NCBI GenBank assembly: GCA_038087875.1
Contig: CM075991.1
Coordinates: 310,001-374,000, forward strand
Reading direction: 5' to 3'
Source of the DNA: Malacoraja senta
Lineage: Eukaryota
Length of the DNA: 64,000 nt
Of this stretch, positions 1-12,913 are shown piece after piece. The notes beneath the pieces were generated by a model that was not told where the DNA came from, searched no databases, and saw only the letters and a list, made by a program, of their open reading frames with translations. The translations under genes and the position numbers were made by a program. Numbering within the stretch: the first letter of the stretch is position 1; the number at the start of each line of letters is the position of its first letter.

Positions 1-855
1 GGATGGAACTAAGGATGAGCCTGGGTCCGGGGTCAAGGACAAGCCCTCCTTCCCTCCCTCCCTCCCACTCTCTCTCCTACTCTTCCTCTCCCTCCCTCTC
101 TCTCCCTCCCTCCCTCTCAACCCCTTCCTCTATCCATCCGCTCTCTTTCCCTCCCCCTCTCTCTATTCCCTCTCGGTCCCTATTCATTGTAAAACTGATA
201 CACCCCTCACTCTCCCTCCCTCTCCCTCCCTCTCCCTCCCCTCCCTCTTTCCATCCATCTCTCTCGCTGCCTCTCACTCCCTCTGCCTCCCTCCCTCACT
301 CTCTCCCTCCCTCTCCCCATCTCTCCCTCTTCCTCCCACCTTCTATCTCCCTTTCCATCCCTCCCTCTCTCCCTCCCTCTCTCTCCCTCCCTGTTCCTTT
401 TTCCCCTCCCCCTCTCATTCCTTCTCCCTCCCTCTCTTCCTTCCTCCCTCTCTCTTTCTCCCTCACTCTCTTCCTCCCTCTCTCTTCCTCCCCCTCTCAC
501 TTCCTCTCTCTCTCTGCCACCCTTTCTCTCTCGTTCCCTCTCTTGCCCCCCTCTCTCCCTCCTTCCATCTCTCCCTCCCTTCTTCCTCTCTCCCTGTCTC
601 CCAGGTGAAAGAAGAGGGAGTGTCAGGTGCTGGGGGATGAGGGCGAATGGAGGAGGATAGGAGTAGGAAGAGAGATGGCGAGGTAATGGAAATATTAAAT
701 GCAAAGTTATTAACTTTAACGTAACTTCTGCCGTTCGTGCAGGACCGTCAGCTGATCATGCGCATTTGGGGGCTATGGCTTAGTGGTGGAATATTGCGTT
801 GGGGGGCGAGCCCTCCCGTGTGACAAAGGGACCCAACAGGTCCCACTTAGTCTAG
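1..855 (+). mobile_element. Helitron-like non-autonomous element, 3' portion containing a CT-rich tract
   Basis: Ends with a GGGACC-caaca-GGTCCC hairpin (828-844) followed by acttagtCTAG|T (852-856), the Helitron 3' signature. The 5' end is not seen in the window. Confidence 0.5.
44..602. repeat. Polypyrimidine (CT/CCCT-rich) low-complexity tract
   Basis: Almost entirely C/T. It explains the Pro/Ser/Leu and Gly/Arg/Glu ORFs. Confidence 0.95.
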
Positions 856-1475
856 TGTACGATAAATCTCTGGGACCTGTTCAGCTTGAAGTTGGCACTA
901 CAATAGCTGATATTGTAGTCAGTGAAGATGGTTATCAAGAAATCGAGTAGGATATTGATCAGCTGGGCAATAAGTTTGAGGAATGGAAAATGGACTTTAA
1001 CTTAGATATGTGTGAATTGCTGCATTTTGAGAAGTCAAACCAGGGCAAAACCTTCACAATGAATGGTAGGGCACTGTGAGTCATACAGCATGGAAACAGG
1101 CCATTCGGCCCAACATGCCCATGCAGACCAACATGCCCCATCTTTGCTAGTTTCACCTGCCTGTGTTTGGCCCATATCCTTCTAAAATGTACCTATCCAA
1201 GGGTCTTTTAAATGTTGTTATTGTCCATACTTACAGTGTGGTAGAGCAGTGGGACCTCAGAGTACAATTTGCGTCACGTCGATAGGGTGCTGAAGATTTT
1301 TGGTACGTTGGCCTTTATCAGTCAGGGTACTGAGTATAGAATTTGGGATGTTATGTTACAGTTGTTCAAGATGTTGGTGAGGCCACAGTTGATGTATTTC
1401 CGCAGAGACCGCTCCCTCCGTAACTCCCTGGTCAATTCGTCCCTTCCCACCCGAACCACCCCCTCTCCGGGCACT

Positions 1476-4400
1476 ATGAATATGATATAGTTGGGAGCAC
1501 GGAGACCATGGCTCCAGGGTGACCAAGACTGGGAGCTGAACATCCAGGGATATTCAATATTCAGGAGGGATAGACAGAAAGGAAAAGGAGGTGGGGTAGC
1601 ATTGCTGGTTAGAGAAGAGATTAACGCAATAGAAAGGAAGGACATTAGCTTGGAGGATGTGGAATCGATATGGGTAGAGCTGCGAAACACTAAGGGGCAG
1701 AAAACGCTAGTGGGAGTTGTGTACAGGCCACCTAACAGTAGTAGTGGAGGGGGGTGGCATCGAACAGGTATTAGAAATGCGTGCAACAAAGGTAAAACAG
1801 TTATAATGGGTGACTTTAATGTACATATAGATTGGCTGAATCAAATTGGCAGGGGTGCTGAGGAAGAGGATTTCTTGGAATGTATGCGGGATAGTTTTCT
1901 AAACCAACATGTAGAGGAACCAACGAGAGAGCAGGCTATTCTAGACTGGGTATTGAGTAATGAGGAAGGGTTAGTTAGCAGTCTTGTTGTGCGTGGCCCC
2001 TTGGGCAAGAGTGACCATAATATGGTTGAGTTCTTCATTAGGATGGAGAGTGACATTGTTAATTCAGAAACAAGGGTTCTGAACTTAAAGAAAGGTAACT
2101 TTGAGGGTATGAGACGTGAATTGGCCAAGATGGACTGGCAATTGATTCTTAAAGGGTTGACGCTGGATATGCAATGGAAGGCATTTAAAGACTGCATGGA
2201 GAAACCACTTGTGCAAACCTAAAGAGGTAGGGGGACTTGCACTGCCTAATTTTTTATATTATTATTGGGCAGTGCATATTAAGAATATAATTTATTGGTT
2301 GGATAGTCCTTCTCAACAGATGGAATGGATAAGAATGGAGAAAGAGGATTGTTCTCCATACGATTTAGGAGCGATCCTCTTCTCCCCGATAAAATTGAAC
2401 AATACATTTTATAAGAAGAATCCAAATATACATAATATAATACGAATTTGGAAACAAATTAAATTAACTTTAAAATTAAGAAACCTATCATCACTAACAC
2501 CAATAGTGAATAATCCGGTATTTAAACCATCTTTTATGGATAAAACATATAGACAATGGGAAAGATTGGGAATTAAAAAGGTGGGTGACATGTATGAAAT
2601 GGGAAATTTATTATCATTTCAACAATTAAAATTAAAATGTAATCTGAATAACAACCAATACTTTAAATATTTACAGATATGTGACTTTATGAAGAAATAT
2701 ATACCAAAATTTCAGAGCATAATGATAGACCCACTGGAAGAAGCAATGAATATTAAGGCGGACTCACAAAAATTAATATCATATCTATATAATAGTATTC
2801 TTAATAGAGAATTGCCATCAACAGAGGCAATTAGAGAAGACTGGGAAAAAGAATTAGTTGAAAATTTCTAATGAAACATGGGAAAAGTATTTGATATATA
2901 TACATAAATGTTCGATTAATGCTAGACACAATTTAATTCAATTTAAAATATTACACAGATTATATTATTCAAAAACTAGGTTGAATAAATTCTATTCAAA
3001 TATTTCTCCCATCTGTGACAAATGTCTTTCTCAAAATGCTAATATCACACTCGTTTATTTCTTGCACAAAACTTCATAAATTTTGGTGTGATATATTTGA
3101 TATATTCACTAGTCTATTTAAGATAAAAATGGAACCTAATATTGAAATGATTATATTCGGAGTAATAGGAGCCGGGAACAAATTAAATATACCCCAAAAT
3201 TCATTTTTTAATTATGGTTTAATAGTAAAAAAACATAAATTTTGGAAAAATGCTACTATACCAACATTCAAAATGTGGATCAGTAATATGTTGGACACAG
3301 CCCACATGGAAAAAATGAGACTCCTCCTAATAGACAAACAAGACCAATTCTTAACGAGTTGGGCTCCATTTATTGATTATTTGGATTCATGTGGTGCAGC
3401 AGTATCGTAAAAATTAAAAGTTTCAGGTATGGGTGAAAGATGATCAAGAATATAAAAAAGCATCGACTTGTGGCGAGTGGATAATCTCCCTCCTGCTTCA
3501 CTTTCCTACTTATTTATTTTCTTTACTAGTTCTTATTTGCTTCTTTTTTCTTTTCTATTTTCACACACACTAGACTTTCCTCTATTCTTTACTATTTCTT
3601 TCTTTCTTATCTCTTTCCAATTAAAAATTAAAAAAAAGGAAGTTGTACAAAGAATGTATTATGTTAACATAATTTGGGGAACCTGTAAAATGGTACCACT
3701 GTACTGTACTGTACTTACTTCTAATAAATAAAAAAATAAAATAAAAAAAAGACTGCATGGATGAACTACAACAATTGTTCATCCCAGTTTGGCAAAAGAA
3801 TAAATCAGGGAAGGTAGTGCATCTGTGGATAACAAGGGAAACCAGGGATAGTATCAAAACAAAAGATGAAGCATACAAATTAGCTAGAAAAAGCAGCCTA
3901 CCAGAGGACTGGGAGAGTCCAGCAGAGGAGGACAAAGGGCTTAATTAGGAAATGGAAAATAGATTATGAAAGAAAACTGGCAGGGAACATAAAAACTGAC
4001 GGCAAAAGTTTTTATAGATATTTGAAGAGAAAAAAATTAGTTAAAACAAATGTAGGTCCCTTGCAGTCAGAAACAGGTGAATTGATCATGGTGAACAAGG
4101 ACATGGCGGACCAATTGAATAACTACCTTGGTTCTGTCTTCACTAAGGAAGACATAAATAATCTGCCTGAAATAGCAGGGGACCTACATTTGAGATGGAG
4201 GAACTGAGTGAAATCCAGGTTAGCCAGGAAATGGTGTTAGGTAAATTGAATGGATTAAAGGCCGATAAATCCCCAGGGCCAGATAGGCTGCATCCCAGAG
4301 TACTTAAGGAAGTAGCCCCAGAAATAGTGGATGCATTAGTGATAATTTTTCAAAACTCTTTAGATTCTGAAGTAGTTCCTGAGGATTGGAGGGTACCTAA

Positions 4401-5803
4401 TGTAACCCCACTTTTTAAAAAGGGAGGGAGAGAGAAAACGGGGAACTACAGACCAGTTAGTCTAACATCAGTAGTGGGGAAACTGCTAGAGTCAGTTATT
4501 AAAGATGGGGTAGCAGCACATTTGGAAAGTGGTGAAATCATTGGACAAAGTCAGCATGGATTTATGAAAGGTAAATCATGTCTGACGAATCTTATAGAAT
4601 TTTTCGAGGATGTAACTTGTAGAGTGGATAAGGGAGAATCAGTGGATGTGTTATATCTGGACTTTCAGAAGGCTTTCGACAAGGTCCCACATAAGAGATT
4701 AGTATGCAAACTTAAAGCACACGGTATTGGGGGTTCAGTATTGATGTGGATAGAGAACTGGCTGGCAGACAGGAAGCAAAGAGTAGGAGTAAACGGGTCC
4801 TTTTCAGAATGGCAGGCAGTGACTAGTGGGGTACCGCAAGCTCAGTGCTGGGACCCCAGCTATTTACAATATATATTAATGATTTGGACGAGGGAATTGA
4901 ATGCAACATCTCAAAGTTTGCGGTGACACGAAGCTGGGGGGCAGTGTTAGCTGTGAGGAGGATGCTAGGAGGCTGCAAGGTGACTTAGATAGGTTGGGTG
5001 ATTGGGCAAATGCATGGCAGATGCAGTATAATGTGGATAAATGTGAGGTTATTACACTTTGGTGGCAAAACAGGAAAGTAGACTATTATCTGAATGGTGG
5101 CCAATTAGGAAAAGGGGAGATGCAACGAGACCTGGGTGTCATGGTACACCAGTCATTGGAAGTAGGCATGCAGGTGCAGCAGGCAGTGAAGAAAGCGAAT
5201 GGTATGTTAGCATTCATAGCAAAAGGTCTTGGTGAGACCACACCTGGAGTATTGCGTACAGTTCTGGTCTCCTAATCTGAGGAAAGACATTCTTGCCATA
5301 GAGGGAGTACAGAGAAGGTTCACCAGACTGATTCCTGGAATGTCAGGACTTTCATATGAAGAAAGACTGGATAGACTCGGCTTGTACTCGCTAGAATTTA
5401 GAAGATTGAGGGGGGATCTTATAGAAACTTACAAAATTCTTAAGGGGTTGGACAGGCTAGATGCAGGAAGATTGTTCCCGATGTTGGGGAAGTCCAGAAC
5501 AAGGGGTCACAGTTTAAGGATAAGGGGGAAGTCTTTTAGGACCGAGATGAGAAAAACATTTTTCACACAGAGAGTGGTGAATCTCTGGAATTCTCTGCCC
5601 CAGAAGGTAGTTGAGGCTAGTTCATTGGCTATATTTAAGAGGGAGTTAGATGTGGCCCTTGTGGCTAAAGGGATCAGGAGGTATGGAGAGAACGCAGGTA
5701 CAGGATACTGAGTTGGATGATCAGCCATGATCATATTAAATGGCGGTGCATGCTCGATGGGCCGAATGGCCTACTCCTGCACCTATTTTCTATGTTTCTA
5801 TGT
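1476..5803 (+). mobile_element. CR1 LINE, 5'-truncated, APE endonuclease + RT (disrupted), inserted in Penelope
   Basis: GVVYRPP, MGDFN, SDHNMV, YRPVSLTS, LDFQKAFDKVPH, SGVPQ; 3' tail (TTCTATGT)n. Flanking Penelope sequence gggcact|ttccc is continuous across it. Confidence 0.95.
2201..3747 (+). mobile_element. L1-clade (L1/Tx1-like) LINE 3' fragment with poly(A) tail
   Basis: AT-rich ORF2 C-terminus (GGLALPNFLYYYWA; QFKILHRLY; CDKC...HSFISC knuckle), T-rich 3' UTR, AATAAA plus A-tail. 14-bp TSD AAAGACTGCATGGA at 2187-2200 and 3748-3761. Confidence 0.92.
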
Positions 5804-8800
5804 TTCCCTCGCAACCACATGAAATGCTACACTTTTCGCTTTACCTACCGCGTTGACTCCATTCAAGGACCCAAGCAATCTTTCCAGGTGCGGCAGAGGT
5901 TCACCTGCACCTCCTCCAACCTCATCTATTGCATCCGCTGCTCTAGATGTCAGCTGCTCTACATCGGTGAGACCAAACGTAGACTTGGCGATCGCTTCGT
6001 CAAACACCTCCGCTCAGTTCGTAAAACCTGATCTCCCGGAGGCTCAGCACTTCAACTCCCTCTCCCATTCCGAATCCGACCTTTCTGTCCTGGGCATCCT
6101 CCATAGCCAGAGTGAGGACCACCATAAATTGGAGGAGCAGCACCTCATATTTCGCTTGGGCAGTTTGCACCCCAGCAGTATGAACATTGACCTCTAATTT
6201 CAGATAGTCCCTACTTTCTCCTCCCCTTCTCAGCTCTCCCTCAGCCCACTGGATCCACCTCTTCCTTTCTTTTTCCCGCCCCGCCCCCCACCCTCACATC
6301 AGTCTGAAGATGGGTTTCGGCCCGAAACTTTGCCTATTTCCTTCACTGCATAGATGCTGTCTCACCTGCTGAGATTCTCCAGCATTTTTGTCTACCTTCG
6401 ATTTTCCAGCATCTGCAGTTCCTTCATAAACATTTTGTCTACTCCACTGCGAAATCTCCTCAAGGTATGCCTACTTTGAAGAAGTTTGAAGTTCTCCTCC
6501 TCCCTCCAAAGACAGTTTAACAACCTCCTCTCTCACTGCCCCCCCCCCCCCCTCTGTGATTCCCCCTTCCCTCCAACTCTACGACCACATCCTAACCCAG
6601 ACCCGGTACCACAGCCACGTTTGCTTTCTCGGGACTTGCCTGCGCCTCCATCTTGTACCTCATGGATTCCTGCTCCAGTTTCCCACCTCCCAGTTCGGAC
6701 CCAACCCAGACTATAGATACCGACTGGCTATCTGCCGCCATACACGGCAATTCTCCTTCCGTGCTCTGCGATCTACTCTGGCTGCGATGCGCTGGCACAA
6801 GCAGGACCTCGCTTTGACTCTCCCGAAACTTCAGGCTTCACTCACCCAGACCTGCAACGGACCCCAACGGACCCCAACTCTACTTCATCCAACGACAGAT
6901 CCACATCAACAAACGATTCCTTGCCTACCTTAACTCCACCATGGACCTTAAACTAGCCCGCCTCCTGGCCACTCCTGCCACCGACACTCTGCGACTCGAC
7001 CGCCTGCATGCCCCGGGCCCCAACACTTGCCCGCGCCGTCTGCCCGAACACCACCAGGCCCAGTCCCGTGACGCCATCTTGGCAACAAAGAGCAGCACCA
7101 GCACTCACCTCCTCCCGGACCGACCTCAGGCCCGGACACCGCCGAATACGCTGCCTTCGCTGACGTCCACGTCGATGCTGCCGCTGACCTTCACCTGCCC
7201 ACCGATGACGCCGACCCTCGCTGCCTCACCGGTAACTCTGACTATCGCCCCCTCACCGATTATACCGACCCTCGCTACCTCCCCGATTCCTCCGACTATC
7301 GCCACCATAACATGACCGCCGAACCTCGCCGCCTCACCGGGACCGCCGAACCTCGCCGCCTCACCGACCATCTGCTGACCGGGACCTCCTACGCTTCGCC
7401 CGCTGAAGCCTCCACCATCGACTCCACCGACCCTCGCCACTCCACCGCTCTCCAGCAGGCCGTAACCGTCGCCTTACCTGAGTCCTAGGCTCAACACCGG
7501 GCCTGAAGTCTCCACGCTGCAGACTCTAACATCATGCGGTTTGACTGCGCTGGGTCCTAGTGCTTGTTCCCCTAACACAGGGAACCTCAGTGATTGTTCC
7601 ACTGGGTCTTCCCCTTCCCCCTCAAACCATGTGACCCCAGCTCTTCCCCACACACTATAGTCCTCATACCCCCTTCCTCCATGACCACCCACCAACCCCC
7701 ACCAGACATCGCCTCGACCTCAGTCCACTCACCTGCCTTCCTCCGGCCCCAACCCCCATCCTTGCCATGTGTTCGCCCTCCCCCCTGACCTCCCCCTCTC
7801 TGATACCGAACAGTCTGTCCTCAGCAGAGGCCTCACTTTTGTTCCCCTCGGACCCCACTTCAATGAGTTCCACGATCGCCACGATGTGGAGCTCTTCAGT
7901 CTCCTCTGCCTCACAGTGTTCTTCCATGGGAAGGAGTCCTCAACCCCCAGTGATAACCCCATCTCCCATCTCCAACGGACCCCATCCTCTTGGACACCCC
8001 CTCATGGCCATCTACCGGCTTTAGACCTTTTTAGGTTAAACTGCCGGCGGGACATCAACCGCCTCAACTTCCCCACTCCCCTTTCTCACTCCAACCTCTC
8101 CCCCACTGAACGTACAGTGCAACAACCCAGACTGGGTGATCAAACCTGCCGACAAGGGAGGTGCCGTGCTAGTCTGGCGCGCTGATCTCTACAAAGCTGA
8201 GGCCACGCGCCAACTCTCGGACACCTCCTCCTACTTATCCTTGGACCATGACCCCCACAGAGGAGCACCAGGCCACTATCTCTAGCACCATCACTGACTT
8301 CATCAACACCGGCTCCCTGCCCTCCCAAGCCTCCAACCTCATCGTTCCCCAGCCCCGCACGACCCGATTTTACCTTCTCCCCAAATTCCACAAACCTGAC
8401 TGTCCTGGCAGACCCATTGTTTCTGCCTGTTCGTGTCCTACCGAACTTATTTCCACATCCTATCACCCCTGGTTAAATCCCACCCTACATAGAAACATAG
8501 AAAATAGGTGCAGGAGGAGGCCACTGACTCCCATGGCTATCTAAACTACACTTCTTCCCACCCTGCTTCCTGTAAGGACTCCATCCCCTACTCCCAATTC
8601 CTCCGTCTACGCCACATCTGCACCCAGGATGAGGTGTTTCAAACCAGGGCATCGGAGATGTCCTCATTCTTCAGGGAACGGGGATTCCCCTCTTCTACTA
8701 TAGATGAGGCTCTCACCAGGGTCTCTTCTGTACCCCGGGACTCTGCTCTCACTCCCCATCCCCCCATTCGCAACAAGGGCCGAGTCCCCCTTGTCCTCAC

Positions 8801-9959
8801 CTTCCACCCTACCAGCCGTCACATACAACAAATAATCCTCCGACATTTTCGCCACCTCCAACGTGATCCCACCACTTGCCACATCTTCCCATCTCCCCCC
8901 TGTATGCTTTCCGCAGAGACCGCTCCCTCTGGAACTCCCTGGTCAATTCATACCTTCCCGTCCGAACCACCCCCTCTCCAGGCACTTTCCCTTGCAACCG
9001 CAAGAAATGCTACACTTGTCGCTTTACCTACCCCCTTGACTCCATTCAAGGACCCAAGCAGTCTTTCCAGGTGCGGCAGAGGTTCACCTGCACCTCCTCC
9101 AAACTCATCTATTGCATCCGCTGCTCTAGATGTCAGCTGCTCTACATCGGTGAGACCAAGCGTAGGCTTGGCGATCGCTTCGTCCAACACCTCCACTCGG
9201 TTCGCAATAACCAACCTGATCTCCCGGTGGCTCAGCACTTCAACTCCCCCTCCCATTCCGAATCCGACCTTTCTGTCCTGGGCCTCCTCCATGGCCAGAG
9301 TGAGGACCACCGTAAATTGGAGGATCAGCATCTCATAATTCACTTGGGCAGTCTGCACCCCATCGGTATGAACATTGACTTCTCTAATTTCAGGTAGTCC
9401 CTACTTTCTCCTCCCCTTCTCAGCTCTCCCTCAGCTCACTGACTCCACCTCTTCCTTTCTTCTTCCCGCCCCGCCCCCCCCTTCCCTCACATCAGTCTGA
9501 AGCAGGGTTTCGACCCGAAACGTTGCCTATTTCCTTTGCTCCATACATGCTGCCTCACCCGCTGAGTTTCTCCAGCATTTTTGTCTACCGTAGAAATATT
9601 CTGTTCACTTTTGGTCACCTTGTTATGGGAAAGCAGTGATTAAGCTGGGAAGAATGCAGAGAGGATTTGTGGGGATGTTGGGCTCAAGGGCCTGAGCTAT
9701 ATAGGGAAAGATTGAGCAGGCTAGGACTTTATTCTTTGAAGCACAGGAGTTTGAGTGGTGGTATTATAGACGTGTATAAAATCTTGGGGGGAATATGATG
9801 AATGCAGAGCCTTTTGCCCAGGGCAGGGGTATCAAGAACTAGAGGGCACAGGTTTAAGATGAGAGAGGAAAATGTAATAGGTATCTGAGGGGCAACCTTT
9901 TCACACAAGTGGTGGGTAATTGGAGCGAGCTGCCAGAAGAAGTAGATGAGGCAGGTGAA

Positions 9960-10525
9960 ACATAGAAATAGGTGCAGGAGGAGGCCATTTGGCCCTTCGA
10001 GCCAGCACTGCCATTCATTGCGATCATGGCTGATCGTCCCCAATCAATAACCCGTGCCTGCCTTCTCCCCATATCCCTTGACTCCACTAGCCCCTGGAGC
10101 TCTATCTAACTCTCTCCTAAATCCATCCAGTGATTTGGCCTCCACTGCCCTCTCTGACAGGGAATTCCACAAATTCACAACTCTCTGGGTGAAAACGTTT
10201 TTTCGCACCTCAGTCTTAAATGGCCTCCCCTTTATTCTAAGACTGTGGCCCCTGGTTCTGGACTCGCCCAACATTGGGAACATTTTTCCTGCATCCAGCT
10301 TGTCCAGTCCTTTTATAATTTTATATGTTTCTATAAGATACCCCCCTCATCCTTCTAAACTCCAGTGAATACAAGCCTAGTCTTTTCAATCTTTCCTCAT
10401 ATGACAGTCCCGCCATCCCAGGGATCAATCTCGTGAACCTACGCTGCACTGCCTCAATCACAAGGATGTCCTTCCTCAAATTAGGAGACCAAAACTGTAC
10501 GCAATACTCCAGATGTGGTTTTTCC
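9960..10525 (-). mobile_element. CR1 LINE 3' fragment
   Basis: SRTRGHSLRIKGRPFKTEVRKNVFTQRVVNLWNSL plus 3' tail on the minus strand. Confidence 0.9.
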
Positions 10526-10865
10526 AGGACAACACAAAGTAGAGGAGTAACTCAGCAGGGTCATGCATTATCCCGGTAGCACATTTGACGTTTGAGGTTG
10601 GGACGTGAAACGTTACTTATGTTCTTCAGAGATGCTGCCTGACTCCAGCACTTAGTGACTGCTTTTGTAAATCAGCATCTGAAGTTCTTTGTGGAGAGTC
10701 AGACAGTACCCTAACCTATGGAAGCCTGATAACAGAGGGAAATAAGTTGTTTCCATATCTGGTGGTGCGCTTTCAAGCTTCTGCATCTTCTGTCCTATGG
10801 GTACGGTATAGAGGAGGAGTGACTGTGGTGTGAAAGAATATCTTGACTGCTTTCCCGATGGATCT

Positions 10866-12913
10866 AAGGGGAGTAGGCAACCGTGGCTAACAAGAGAAGT
10901 TAGGGATAGAATAAAACTGAAAGAAAAGATGTATAACACAGCAAAGAGTAGCCGGAAGCCAGAGGATTGTGAAACTTTCATAGGACAACAAAACGAAACA
11001 AAACAAGCAATACGGGCTGAAAAGATGAAGTACGAGGGGAAGCTGGTCAGGAATTTAAAGAAGGACTGTAAAAGCTTCTTTAGATATGTTAAGGGAAAAA
11101 GAAGAGCAAAGTCAAATGTGGGTCCCTTGAAGGCAGACACGGGTGAAATTATTATGGGGAACAAGGAAATTGCAAAAGAATTGAACTGGTACTTCGGATC
11201 TGTCTTCACTAAGGAAGACACAAACAATCTCCCAGAAGTACTGGAGGACAGAGGATCTAAGGGGATAGAGGAACTGAAAGAAATTTTCATTAGGCGAGAA
11301 ATAGTATTGGGTAGGCTAATGGGACTGAAGGATGATAAATCCCCTGATGGACTGCATCCCAGGGTCCTCAGGGAGGTGGCTCTAGAAATCGTGGACGCAT
11401 TGGTGATCATTTTCCAATGTTCAATAGATTCAGGTTCAGTTCCTGTGGATTGGAGGATAGCTAATGTTATCCCACTTTTCAAGAAAGGAGCGAGAGAGAG
11501 AAAACGGGGAATTACAGACCAGTTAGCCTGACTTTGGTGGTGGGAAAGATGCTGGAGTCACTTATTAAAGAGGTAATAATGGGGCATTTGGATTGCAGTA
11601 AAAGGATTAGTCCAAGTCAGCATGGATTTATGAAAGGGAAATCATGCTTGACTAATCTTCTGGAATTTTTTGAGGATGTGACAAGTAAAATGGATGAAGG
11701 GGAGCCAGTGGATGTAGTGTATCTAGACTTTCAGAAAGCCTTTCATGAGGTCCCGCACAGGAGACTGGTGACTAAAATTAGGGCACATGGTATTGGGGGT
11801 AGGGTGTTGACGTGGATAAAAAATTGGTTGACAGACAGGAAGCAAAGAGTAGGAGTGAACGGGTCCTTTTCAGAACGGCAGGCAGTGGCGAGTGGAGTGC
11901 CGCAAGGCTCGGTGTTGGGGCCGCAACTGTTTACCATATATATTAATGATTTGGAAGCGGGAATTAGAAGCAACACTAGCAGGTTTGCGGATGACACAAA
12001 GCTGGGTGGCAGTGTGAACTGTGAAGAGGATGTTAGGAGGTTGTAGGGAGACCTGGACAGGTTGAGTGAGTGGGCAGATGCGTGGCAGATGCAATATAAT
12101 ATAGATAAATGTGAGGTTATCCACTTTGGTGGCAAAAACAAGGGGGCAGATTATTATCTCAATGGGGTTGGGTTAGGTAAGAGGGGGGGTACAGCGAGAC
12201 CTGGGTGTCCTTGTACACCGGTCACTGAAAGTTGGCGTGCAGGTACAGCAGGCAGTGAAGACATCTAATGGAATGTTGGCCTTCATAACGAGGATTTCAG
12301 TATAGAAGAGGTTCTTCTACAGTTAGGGCTGTATAGGGCTCTGGTAAGACCACATCTGGAGTATTGTGTACAGTTTTGGTCTCCTAATTTGAGGAAGGAC
12401 ATCCTTGTGATTGAGGCAGTGCAGTGTAGGGTCACAAGATTGATCCCTGGGATGGCGGGACGGTCATATGAGGAAATATTGAAAAGACTAGGCTTGTATT
12501 CACTGGAGTTTAGAAGGATGAGGGGGATCTTATAGAAACATATACAATTATAAAAGGACTGGACAAGCTAGATGCAGGAAAAATGTTCCCAATGTTGGGC
12601 GAGTCCAGAACCAGGGGCCACAGTCTTGTAATAAAAGGGAGGCCATTTAAGACTGAGGTGAGAAAAAACCTTTTCACCCAGAGAGTTGTGAATTTGTGGA
12701 ATTCCCTGGCACAGAGGGCAGTGGAGGCCAAATCACTGGATGGATATGAGAGAGTTAGATAGAGCTCTAGGGGCTAGTGGAATCAAGGGATATGGGGAGA
12801 AGGCAGGCACGGGTTATTGATTGGGGACGATCAGCCATGATCACAATGAATGGCCGGCTCGAAGGGCCGAATGGCCTCCTCCTGCACCTATTTTCTATGT
12901 TTCTGTTTCTATG
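10866..12913 (+). mobile_element. CR1 LINE, 5'-truncated, RT region disrupted
   Basis: QHGFMKGKSCLTNL, SGVPQGSVLGP, FADDTKL; tail ttctatgtttctgtttctatg. Confidence 0.93.

Larger units (their letters stand above)
1397..9589 (+). mobile_element. Penelope-like retroelement: upstream partial 3' copy (pseudo-LTR; 1397-1475 + 5804-6433) in tandem with an internally deleted copy (about 6434-9589)
   Basis: GIY-YIG motif twice (FTCTSSNLIYCIRCSRCQLLYIGETKRRLGDRF at about 5900 and 9080). Penelope RT N-terminal motifs (LSRGLTFVP, KPADKGG, RFYLLPKFHK...GRPIVSAC). Near-identical 3' UTRs at 6200-6430 and 9390-9589. Confidence 0.9.
860..9958 (+). mobile_element. Old degraded CR1 LINE 3' remnant (860-1392 and 9590-9958) split by a Penelope insertion
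   Basis: Left part reads ...GTEYRIWDVMLQLFKMLVRPQL. It resumes at 9590 with sequence resembling EYCVQFWSP (gaaatattctgttcacttttggtcacc). Confidence 0.7.

Noticed and set aside
3..704. Long Pro/Ser/Leu and Gly/Arg/Glu ORFs (also 13792-14346 and 23680-24120)
   Set aside because: By-products of low-complexity tracts that lack stop codons.
6941..7480. Pro/Thr/Asp-rich repetitive ORFs as a mucin-like host gene
   Set aside because: They lie inside the Penelope element between its N-terminal region and RT, with no splice evidence.
10652..11482. Long antisense ORFs over CR1 copies
   Set aside because: Recurrent antisense open frames of CR1 ORF2 with no independent coding signal.
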